From positions 192,001-256,000 of the forward strand of contig CAWJAX010000005.1 in NCBI GenBank assembly GCA_963841015.1: 64,000 nt of DNA. Direction: 5' to 3'. Each line of letters begins with the position of its first letter. Position 1 is the first letter of the stretch. The translations under genes were made by a program, and so were the position numbers. Source of the DNA: an uncultured Methanoregulaceae archaeon. GTDB taxonomy: Archaea; Halobacteriota; Methanomicrobia; Methanomicrobiales; Methanospirillaceae. The notes under the pieces were generated by a model that saw nothing but the letters and a program-made list of their open reading frames with translations, was not told where the DNA came from and searched no databases. This document shows positions 22,401-29,861 of the stretch, one piece after another.

Positions 22401-22556
22401 GCCTCCGATGCGCCTGATGCAACAGCTGAAACCGTCAGTAAAACGGTAGGGGGACGAGGGAAAACGTTTATTAAACTTGAAGCTCCCCCGTTCCTGGACG
22501 ATACGCAGTTCTTCAATCAAAATCCGTGGGGGATTGTGGATAGCAGGAGCATTTAA
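19425..22556 (+). CDS. Large secreted Ig-like (invasin/Big_1-type) plus vWA domain protein, probable adhesin
   Basis: Signal peptide, Ig-like repeats (ATVADISGNAVPGETVDF), vWA with MIDAS DKSGSM, ILMTDG, NSTGGFY; many N-x-S/T sequons. Confidence 0.85.
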   Translation: MRVKPGILLIIGLLFLAGTVTAVGIPDTLTVTTDKAWIIANNVDQSTIIVKVTNTTSDPGPVPGIIVNLEVDPLYGNISPIQVTTNISGMASSTFKVSTKSGAAQINASIPAGVSGSTMQNIDHNSAYFADFTHPINGTVASEVPFNVSLTDQYRNPVDNRRGNHIIKLHVHGPFPDDCGFAEAGYAHDISPTLDANGNTTVNIKLTSKIGDNNVAMDAYESIPNQLEWISAEAIGKPFSMTQVISPSGSPPTLPADGVSYFTIIYNLFDEFGNPTNKQFIWVNTSIPGEEQQFLSNNVGQVTVQYGPRSSIGEIDIIATSVANSTLTLTQRVKFKHTGAEIISLTANPDTMPSQDANPLFTSNIIATVADISGNAVPGETVDFIIENITYDASYNVTADPSLLSSSAITDVYGRALVQFRPGNFTAVGNPGYNATATGHCMMNATWKNSTKKVPVTWKNYPYLSLSTSVNPHTVEINKTIDVTIEFRGDGFALQPTPIDVVMVIDKSGSMENYNIGGITRMQAAKNAASTFVNKMNEGTDRIGVVTFDREDTVITDAPLGAPFLTITNTINAIDPNNGGTAMRQGFKQGIDHIKANGRPSAVRAVILMTDGNWNLGGSPLAVGRGYDLNTWVRDNRDRGVATKYYGFSGLATDFEDQDYRWYSGLGGNLSSSSDTVVRTPRKIDPATGFDVASRTTESRSGGSYYINGQFTQQNMSIYAKDNNIRLYTLSFAMNIPADERNALITLANSTGGFYRHAPTQADLEAFYTEIAGDLKDTAGVNATMTADFDKINVTGFEMDGDQVYDYVYHPTESTKIRWQDGITNVSDQSADWLADSKLDFNIGTIKVGQYWNATFRLKVKQGGLIDVFGNHSTVSFNGGAENLYLPQTFITVIPNLSVTNITMKTITLDNLMCTETGEIKALFPVQWNTNYTGNKTLTEKVYYRIDNKGPWVQFDIKTHPYDPLTMEYVNYAQLDVTKLPWGNYTIQVRATASDAPDATAETVSKTVGGRGKTFIKLEAPPFLDDTQFFNQNPWGIVDSRSI

Positions 22557-22770
22557 AAAAACATCTTTCTTATAGGATCGGGGAATGTTTCTCCACCAGT
22601 AATTGGCAATCATTTCTCAAATCTTTGGAAAATACACACGATTATTACTAATCCTGACGAACAATCAGACATTGTTTGGTATTCAGGAAACCGTTATGCG
22701 ATTCCAATCGAAGTAATCCGAACAGAAAAAAATCTTTATAATTTCATTTTTTCGTTTCCCGGATGTTATT

Positions 22771-23436
22771 ATGAAAATGATGAAAGATATTTCCCCAAAC
22801 GACAGGCCACGTGAGAAGATTGCAAAAAAAGGCGCCTCTGCCCTTTCAGACACTGAATTGATCGAGGCAATCATTGGGCGGGGAACAAAAAACAAAGACG
22901 TCCGCATGCTTGCAAAAGAAATCTGCGGGCTTATCGAGATACACAGGGAAAAAATCAGGTATGATGATCTGGCAGCAATACAGGGAATCGGACCTACTAA
23001 AGCGTCGCAGATCACGGCATGCTTTGAACTCTCGCGGAGATATTCCCCGAATGGAGGAGCGAATACGCATGTGACAAAACCCGAAGATATCCTCCCCCAT
23101 GTTGCTTATTTAAAAGAAAAACGGCAGGAGCATTTCATCTGTATCACCCTCAATGGCGCCGGTGAGGTTCTCGGTAATAGAACAATAACCCTGGGTCTGC
23201 TCAACCACAGCCTTGTCCATCCGCGGGAGGTGTTTGCCGATGCAATCACGGACAGGGCCGCATCTATCATCTGCGTTCACAATCACCCTTCGGGTTCCCT
23301 TGATCCCAGCCCACAGGACATTGCGATCACAACTCAGCTGAAAGAAGCGGGAGTGCTTCTCGGCATCCAGCTGATTGATCATATCATTGTCACAAAAACC
23401 GGTTACCTGAGCATGAAAGAGCGTGGTCTGATTTAA
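22771..23436 (+). CDS. radC: RadC family JAB/MPN protein
   Basis: RPREK, LSDTEL, HhH GIGPTKA, VHPREVF, HNHPSG, LIDHIIV. Confidence 0.95.
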   Translation: MKMMKDISPNDRPREKIAKKGASALSDTELIEAIIGRGTKNKDVRMLAKEICGLIEIHREKIRYDDLAAIQGIGPTKASQITACFELSRRYSPNGGANTHVTKPEDILPHVAYLKEKRQEHFICITLNGAGEVLGNRTITLGLLNHSLVHPREVFADAITDRAASIICVHNHPSGSLDPSPQDIAITTQLKEAGVLLGIQLIDHIIVTKTGYLSMKERGLI

Positions 23437-23692
23437 CGTAAAAAAAGCATCCCGATCCTGCAGGCATCCTGAGGTTCAATTATCCAAAGAATCAATAATA
23501 ATGCTTCATTCGGATTAATTCATGCATGGAAAATATTGGGATTGAAAAAAATTTATTAAAAATATACTCATCCCTGCTCATTCGACAAATTCTCATCCAC
23601 TGAAAGGTGAGATCAAATCCAGTGAATTACTTTACACATAAACCGATTTTTTTAAATTCCCTATTATTTCATAAACATCAATCTTTCAGGCG

Positions 23693-23710
23693 AGACAAAT
23701 ATTTATATAA
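23693..23710 (+). promoter_or_regulatory. Putative TATA box of the tasA-like/sipW operon
   Basis: TTTATATA at 23702-23709 with purine-rich upstream bases, about 100 nt before ATG 23811. Confidence 0.5.
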
Positions 23711-23810
23711 CGTAACCACAAAGTGGTAATTATCCTTTTTACGGGAAGAATTCGTTCAATTCGCTTGAGAGTCTTGAAAAAATAAGGTGGGAAAATTGAG
23801 AAAAAAAGAA

Positions 23811-24488
23811 ATGAGTACGAAAAAAGTTCTCCTAATCAGCATCATGCTGATAGCACTGACTGCACTCCTGACAGGTGTTGGAACAATGGCATATTTCAGT
23901 TCAACACAAACAAGCGGACCAAACCTGCTCAGCACCGGAAGCATTTCAATTAATGTAAATGGTCAGGATCCCTGGTCAGGCACCTTCAACGCAACGCTTG
24001 CAGATGTGAAACCCGGATTAAAGCGTTGGGGAAATGTTACCTTGCAGAACACCGGGCAGAATCAGGCTGATCTCTGGTTGAATACCATAAATGTTGTTAC
24101 CGACAACGGATCAAATACTTCTGCTGAAATTCTGGAGCCCTACGCCTTTGATATCGATGGGGTAATCCGGTATGATTTGTATAATAACACGGGTTCGGGT
24201 CTTCAGCCAATAATCGTGGATACTGATGATTATACAATCAGCACGGGTTCCCATAATTTAACCGGCGCACTTCAGACCACGGCTGTGAAAAATCAATGGA
24301 TTTACCTTGGTAACATTCCCTCCGGAGCAACGTGGCAGATTAACCAGAGTTATATGATGGACGGGAATGTCACCAACTGGGCACAGACGGATAATATGAC
24401 GTTTAACGTTGTATTTTATGCCCAACAAAGCCAGGGCAATCCCCAGCCGGCAGCTCCGTCACCAGAACTGCCCGGACACGGAAGATAA
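23811..24488 (+). CDS. TasA/camelysin-like fibre subunit with SipW-class signal peptide
   Basis: MSTKK-hydrophobic-GVGTMA|YFS..N..STGSI resembles TasA GGGTWA|AF..; TasA-fold motifs VKPG, VTLQNTG, NWAQTDNMTFNVVFYAQQ; directly upstream of a SipW-type peptidase. Confidence 0.85.
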   Translation: MSTKKVLLISIMLIALTALLTGVGTMAYFSSTQTSGPNLLSTGSISINVNGQDPWSGTFNATLADVKPGLKRWGNVTLQNTGQNQADLWLNTINVVTDNGSNTSAEILEPYAFDIDGVIRYDLYNNTGSGLQPIIVDTDDYTISTGSHNLTGALQTTAVKNQWIYLGNIPSGATWQINQSYMMDGNVTNWAQTDNMTFNVVFYAQQSQGNPQPAAPSPELPGHGR

Positions 24489-24496
24489 TCCATAGT

Positions 24497-24516
24497 GTGC
24501 AGGTAATTTCCTGCAC
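24497..24516 (+). promoter_or_regulatory. Intergenic stem-loop between tasA-like gene and sipW
   Basis: Perfect 7-bp inverted repeat GTGCAGG-taattt-CCTGCAC, 8 nt after the stop. Confidence 0.45.
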
Positions 24517-24534
24517 CGCTACATTTAGGGTGAC

Positions 24535-25068
24535 GTGATTAAGGAGATGAATACGCAAAACCTGAGATTAGTTGAGCCTCAAATAAAAAAACTGGGGAGA
24601 ATCGCGGCAATTCTCATCCTTATTTTAATTATTGCAGGATCATTATTCACGATTTTTACCCCTTTTTTTGGCTGGAGGACTGAGGTCGTCATTTCAGGGA
24701 GTATGGAGCCTGCAATATCAACAGGAAGTGTCGTTATCGTCCGCCCGGTAATTCCTGATACTCTCCGAAAAGGAGATGTAATCATGTATTATTCTCCCGA
24801 TAAATCGAGCCTGACCACACATCGTGTATTTTATGTAGCATCTGAGCCCTCACTCCAGTTCATCACCAAAGGAGATGCCAACAATAATTCTGATGTGATT
24901 CCTGTCACGCCGGGTCAAGTCGTCGGAATAGTTGCATTCACTATACCGTATCTGGGTCTTCTTGCCCAGTTCATCAAAACACCATTTGGATTTACACTTT
25001 TCCTGCTGATCCCGGCAGTGATTCTTATCGGACGCGAGATGCTTGATCTTTGGAGAGAGATGGAATAA
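24535..25068 (+). CDS. sipW: SipW-type signal peptidase I (S26B)
   Basis: VISGSMEP (catalytic Ser), GDVI, TTHRV (His), ITKGDANN..D, IPYLG, N- and C-terminal TM helices. Confidence 0.92.
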   Translation: MIKEMNTQNLRLVEPQIKKLGRIAAILILILIIAGSLFTIFTPFFGWRTEVVISGSMEPAISTGSVVIVRPVIPDTLRKGDVIMYYSPDKSSLTTHRVFYVASEPSLQFITKGDANNNSDVIPVTPGQVVGIVAFTIPYLGLLAQFIKTPFGFTLFLLIPAVILIGREMLDLWREME

Positions 25069-25091
25069 CAGAAGAGAAAAGCTGCCAGACC

Positions 25092-26456
25092 ATGAAAAAA
25101 ACAACCATCGTAATAATCGTTTTAACTCTCGTGGTAATTTCTCTCAGCACCTTTGGTACGACACATGCACATTTCACCTCCGGGCAGGTTACAGGTCCGC
25201 ATCTTATTTCCACATGGCAATCCTATTTTTGGATCCAGACCAGTCAGGCTGACTATCAGATGGGGATATTAGAGAATGTTGATATAATATCCAGTCCTGG
25301 TAACGTGAAACTGGTCATGAGAAATATATCTCCGACAATGTATGCAACATTCGGAAGCGGATCAACTACTTTTCAGCAGTATAATGTTTCTAACAACACC
25401 TGGAACTCGCTGGCAAATACACTTGGCAGTATAAGCAACGGAGGGGCTGTTGCAAAAGATAATCTTAGTTACCTTTACGCGTTACGGGGAGGAGGTACTA
25501 CAAATTTTTACCGGTACTCAATCCCGTTCAATAACTGGTCATCCATGACCGTAACTCCCGCCACCATTAATTCCGGTGGCGCTTTGGTATATACCGGCGG
25601 AAATTACCTTTACGCGTTACGGGGGGGCGGACAGCGTAACTTATACCGGTATTCAATGCCCTTCAATAACTGGTCATCCATGACCGCAACTCCCGCCACC
25701 ATTAATTCCGGTGGCGCTTTGGTATATACCGGCGGAAATTACCTTTACGCGTTACGGGGGGGCGGACAGCGTAACTTATACCGGTATTCAATGCCCTTCA
25801 ATAACTGGTCATCCATGACCGTAACTCCCGCCACCATTAATTCCGGTGGCGCTTTGGTATATACCGGCGGAAATTACCTTTACGCGTTACGGGGAGGAGG
25901 TACTACAAATTTTTACCGGTACTCAATCCCGTTCAATAACTGGTCTTCCATGGCCGCAACTCCCGGTCCTGTAAATGCTGGCGGGGCTCTGGTATCTGAT
26001 AACGGGAACAATATTTATGCTTTTAACGGTTCTTCGCAAAAATTCTGGCTCTATAATATTTCCACAAACACCTGGAACGATACTCTTGTTTCTGATCCCC
26101 CCGGTCTGGCAGGCTGGGGGGGCAGTCTTTCGTACCGTCCTGGTTCTTCCGGATATCTGCCACTTGGTAAACTTACTTCAGCCGTATATGATACCGGGAA
26201 TTCTGGTTCACGATGGGACTCCCTTTCCTGGGATAGCACACTTGTTGCAGGAACAAATGTCACGTTTGAGGTGCGAGCGTCCGATATTCCTTATACCAGC
26301 ACAGATTTATTACCTGCATGGCAGCAATCCGGCTGGCCATCACCAGTTAATTCAGGATTACCAACCGGAAGGTACATTCAATGGCGTGCAACCCTCTTCA
26401 CGACAGATACATCAGGAACGCCAATTCTTAGTGAGGTGCGGGTATGGTACTCATAA
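25092..26456 (+). CDS. SipW-signal, Kelch-like beta-propeller protein (putative fibre tip adhesin)
   Basis: MKK-hydrophobic-GTTHA|HFTS signal; six YLYALRGG..Y..W blades; C-terminal beta domain (GTNVTFEVRASD..GRYIQWRATL..TPILSEV). Confidence 0.82.
   Translation: MKKTTIVIIVLTLVVISLSTFGTTHAHFTSGQVTGPHLISTWQSYFWIQTSQADYQMGILENVDIISSPGNVKLVMRNISPTMYATFGSGSTTFQQYNVSNNTWNSLANTLGSISNGGAVAKDNLSYLYALRGGGTTNFYRYSIPFNNWSSMTVTPATINSGGALVYTGGNYLYALRGGGQRNLYRYSMPFNNWSSMTATPATINSGGALVYTGGNYLYALRGGGQRNLYRYSMPFNNWSSMTVTPATINSGGALVYTGGNYLYALRGGGTTNFYRYSIPFNNWSSMAATPGPVNAGGALVSDNGNNIYAFNGSSQKFWLYNISTNTWNDTLVSDPPGLAGWGGSLSYRPGSSGYLPLGKLTSAVYDTGNSGSRWDSLSWDSTLVAGTNVTFEVRASDIPYTSTDLLPAWQQSGWPSPVNSGLPTGRYIQWRATLFTTDTSGTPILSEVRVWYS
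25469..25965 (+). repeat. Intragenic tandem repeat, 135 bp x about 3.7 copies
   Basis: Unit starts TTACCTTTACGCGTTACGGGG at 25469, 25604, 25739 and 25874; near-identical at nucleotide level. Confidence 0.97.
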
Positions 26457-26517
26457 GCACAAGTGCGCAAGTATTCATCCCATTAAGGAAATACCTCGTA
26501 ATGCTGAGGGGGGTATA

Positions 26518-27336
26518 TTGACGATTTCAGGGATTACTTACCGGAATTCATTATTCCCTCTGGCGGGATTCATTTTCATCCTTCTCTTTCTCCTGCCTGT
26601 ACCTGTTTTTGCACAGGGCCCCGTTGACCTCACTTTCGAAGAAACGGGTGTTTTCCCCTGGAGTATCACGGGAATTCTACCAGGAGATCATGGTTCTACC
26701 TTTATCGATCTTCACAATAACGGAACCGAGAGTGGGATTGTCTATATCTGGGTTGACAATATCAGCACTACCGATCGATACGGTAATCCGGGAGGCGGGC
26801 TGGCAAATTATATGTACTTCAATGTCTCAAATCATGACCTTACCAGCACAATAAATCTTCCAGCCCGAATCAATTCCTTTCCAAAAGCTCCCCTCCTCGA
26901 GGACCATTTCATCATTATCGATTCATTCAAACCCGGAGATACCATCAGACTTAACTGGACATGGGAATTTGAAGAAACGGGACAACCACAGAATGATGCA
27001 CAGAATAATACTCTTCACTTCAACATCTCATACACGCTGGTGAATCTGACCGCCCCCGTGATACCAACGCCAGTACCAACGGGTATCCAACCTGGTTTGC
27101 CGGGGGGAACAGGAATGAATCCCCAAAATCCTTCCCTGTTCGAGCCCGGAGGGATCCCGGGATTAAATCCTGCTCAACGTCCCCAACTCAGAGCACCAAT
27201 TGAAGAGCCGCCTGAAATGGAGATCGAGCAACCGGAACTCCCTGAATACGGATGCATTATGGCGATAGGGCTCATCGCCATAATTTTCATAATCTCCGTT
27301 CTGGTGCTCTGGAAACGGAAAAAAGACAGGAAATAA
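26518..27336 (+). CDS. TasA-fold-like protein with Pro-rich linker and C-terminal TM anchor (putative fibre base)
   Basis: TTG start after GAGGGGGGT; signal ending VFA|QG; ILPGD, IDLHNNG, FKPGDT, NDAQNNTLHFNISY; TM plus KRKKDRK. Confidence 0.72.
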   Translation: MTISGITYRNSLFPLAGFIFILLFLLPVPVFAQGPVDLTFEETGVFPWSITGILPGDHGSTFIDLHNNGTESGIVYIWVDNISTTDRYGNPGGGLANYMYFNVSNHDLTSTINLPARINSFPKAPLLEDHFIIIDSFKPGDTIRLNWTWEFEETGQPQNDAQNNTLHFNISYTLVNLTAPVIPTPVPTGIQPGLPGGTGMNPQNPSLFEPGGIPGLNPAQRPQLRAPIEEPPEMEIEQPELPEYGCIMAIGLIAIIFIISVLVLWKRKKDRK

Positions 27337-27539
27337 AAGGAAGAGAGGAATGTATGGGTATTTCTTCTTTTGAATGTCATAACAAACATCTGCCAGGTTC
27401 CCGTGGTAAATCGTTTTGGGAGTATGCAACCGGTGCACCCGAGGATTTTTTTTTATTGATTCAGAAGGGCAGCAACATCAACAGATTCATAGAAATTATA
27501 TATTACCGGGTCAAGAGTGTGAAATATGAGGAATAGCCA

Positions 27540-29861
27540 ATGAAACTGTTTGATTCTTCACGGCAGGACAAGCCCGTTTTTTTCCCTTGTTTTACATTTG
27601 TGTTTTTCATTCAGATCTTCTTTATTCTCCTGCTTTTACTATTCAACCCGGTTCATGCAGCTACCGATACTACGCCGGGATCAGCTCCTCAACTGGGATG
27701 GATGAATACATTCGAACAACCTGTTGAAGGAGGGAAATATTCAATCATTGCTGTAAGTGATGGGGGATCCGTGGCCATAGGAAATAGCAAATCCCTTCCA
27801 GGAAGTTCCAGTCTATACATCCTCAAAACTGATACAAATGGAAATAAAGTGTGGGAATGGACCGATGCTGGAAGTACCTACGAGGGATATTCTATTATTG
27901 AAACACGGGATAAAGGGTACATTATCGCCGGGAGTTCCAATACTACCACCACCAACGGGATTATCCTCAGGAAACTTGATCAGGCCGGAAAAATGACATG
28001 GACACAGCTATTCAATAAAGGTGAATATTACTTCGGTAATTATGTCAGTCCAACACGTGACGGTGGATTCATCGTTGCCGGGTCCGTGTTGAGGAATGAC
28101 ACTTCTCAATCATCACTCTGGGATGGTTACACTCTCAAAACCGATGCTGAAGGGAGAGAACAGTGGACCGGTTTTTTTAAGGGTGAAAAAAATGATTTTG
28201 CCAGGTTTATCCGCCAGACTGAAGATGGAGGGTACATAGTTGCCGGAATTACCGAAAGCTATGGCATTAACGGTGTTCCCTCTACGTACCTGCACAAAAT
28301 GAATGAATTTGGTAATAAAGAATGGTTTACTACCTATGGGACCGGGCCGGGGGATGAAAAACTATCGGTCATTCAAACGCCCGATGGAGGATATATCATC
28401 ATGGGAATCTCCCTGCCCGTTGCCATCAATCAAGGATATAAGGATCTTTTCCTGGTCAGAACCGATGATCATGGAAAAGAACTGTGGAGAAAAAATATTC
28501 CCGTGAGGGGGAGAGCCACAGGTAACATCCTTATCCCGGCGGCTGAAGGTGTAACCGTTATTGCAGGTTCTTACCAGGGATCTGAACGAGAAAAAACCGG
28601 CGAGATAATCATACTGGACATTGACCTGAACGGCAACGAGAAGCAGAACCGGACATTCAGTATTGGAAAATCTATCGATATTCAGGATATTGCGGTTGTC
28701 CCGGGTGAGGGATATTTCGTTACCGGTTTAGTATCCGGACCAGGAGGCCTTGAAAAAAAAGGGTTTACCATTATTAAGATACTCGATACCCCTTACCGCA
28801 CTGAAGTAACCGTAAAAAACTCATTCGAACTCACGGTAATAACAAAAGATGCTAAAACGGGGACATTTATTGGAGGGGCTCATGTATATCTCGATGGTAG
28901 GTCTACCGGAAGCACCTCGGAGCAGGATGGAAAGCAGATTCTCCGTGATGTTGAGAAGGGCTCACATACTATCAGGGTGGCAAAATCAGGATATGAAGAG
29001 ATTACCCGACCAGTAGATATTACTGAAAAGAAGCAGATCACCTTCACTCTCAACCGATCAAACGTGATACCGGTACAAATCCACGGATCAACAGATGAAA
29101 AGATCGATATTGTTTTTGTGCCTTCAAAAACTTCATTTAACTGTAATTCCAAAACAAAAATCCAGACCGACGCATATACCGGTAATCAGCAACGATTCAT
29201 CCAAGATGTAAACAATAAAATTGATGTATTTTTAACATTGGATTCCCTGACATCCGGCTCGGTGGGTTTGCCCGGGGATTTCAGGGAGCGTTTCAATTTT
29301 TATTACTACTGGGATACCGGAAGTTTCGCTGATGCTTTCGACGGTTGTGCTGGAACACTTCCCAATGAATTCTGGAATGATGCACCATTCACTGATGTGG
29401 CAATTATCATGTACCCATCCTATGAGGGTCGCTATTCCGGCTCTCCCTGTGAACCAATTGGGTGTGCAAACGGCCTGGGGCCCGGATCAGGATCCTGGCT
29501 GAAAGCACCAGCTGATTCTCCGATGATTTTTCTGCATGAGAGCGGGCATGTGGTCTTTGGTCTGATTGATACCTATTGCGGGGATACCTATTACGTGGAA
29601 AATTCTCCTTTTCCCAATGTCTGGAGTTCTGAGTCCTCATGCAAAAAAAAAGCCGAGCAGGAACGCTGGGATAGCACAAGCTGCCGGCAAATTTTAAAAC
29701 CTCCCAGCAGCCGTCCGATAGATCCCTGTGTGAAAAATTTCTGGAGAGCGGATACAGATCCCGATATCATGGGCAGCGGGGCATATTCCGGCAGGTTCGG
29801 CAATGCATCGACATCACGTATCCGCCATATTTTTGATACGATCAACAGGTGGCAGAAATGA
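27540..29861 (+). CDS. Secreted beta-propeller + PEGA-like + M64-like zinc metallopeptidase
   Basis: Signal peptide; repeated T.DGGYIIAG blades; AHVYLDG..HTIRVAKSGYE; KIDIVFV, FNFYY, FLHESGHVVFGLIDTY. Confidence 0.78.
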   Translation: MKLFDSSRQDKPVFFPCFTFVFFIQIFFILLLLLFNPVHAATDTTPGSAPQLGWMNTFEQPVEGGKYSIIAVSDGGSVAIGNSKSLPGSSSLYILKTDTNGNKVWEWTDAGSTYEGYSIIETRDKGYIIAGSSNTTTTNGIILRKLDQAGKMTWTQLFNKGEYYFGNYVSPTRDGGFIVAGSVLRNDTSQSSLWDGYTLKTDAEGREQWTGFFKGEKNDFARFIRQTEDGGYIVAGITESYGINGVPSTYLHKMNEFGNKEWFTTYGTGPGDEKLSVIQTPDGGYIIMGISLPVAINQGYKDLFLVRTDDHGKELWRKNIPVRGRATGNILIPAAEGVTVIAGSYQGSEREKTGEIIILDIDLNGNEKQNRTFSIGKSIDIQDIAVVPGEGYFVTGLVSGPGGLEKKGFTIIKILDTPYRTEVTVKNSFELTVITKDAKTGTFIGGAHVYLDGRSTGSTSEQDGKQILRDVEKGSHTIRVAKSGYEEITRPVDITEKKQITFTLNRSNVIPVQIHGSTDEKIDIVFVPSKTSFNCNSKTKIQTDAYTGNQQRFIQDVNNKIDVFLTLDSLTSGSVGLPGDFRERFNFYYYWDTGSFADAFDGCAGTLPNEFWNDAPFTDVAIIMYPSYEGRYSGSPCEPIGCANGLGPGSGSWLKAPADSPMIFLHESGHVVFGLIDTYCGDTYYVENSPFPNVWSSESSCKKKAEQERWDSTSCRQILKPPSSRPIDPCVKNFWRADTDPDIMGSGAYSGRFGNASTSRIRHIFDTINRWQK

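Noticed and set aside
23811-24488. Conductive-pilus interpretation from aromatic content
   Set aside because: Aromatic residues at this level are normal for a beta-sandwich core; no haem motifs; not supportable from sequence.
25469-25965. Repeat array as CRISPR or DGR template/variable repeat
   Set aside because: Units are contiguous, in-frame 135-bp coding repeats with no spacers; differences are not adenine-specific; no cas or reverse transcriptase gene in the window.
25975-26517. N-terminal 181 codons of the 453-aa ORF overlapping the Kelch-like gene
   Set aside because: Shadow extension; the RBS, TTG and signal peptide at 26518 mark the plausible start.
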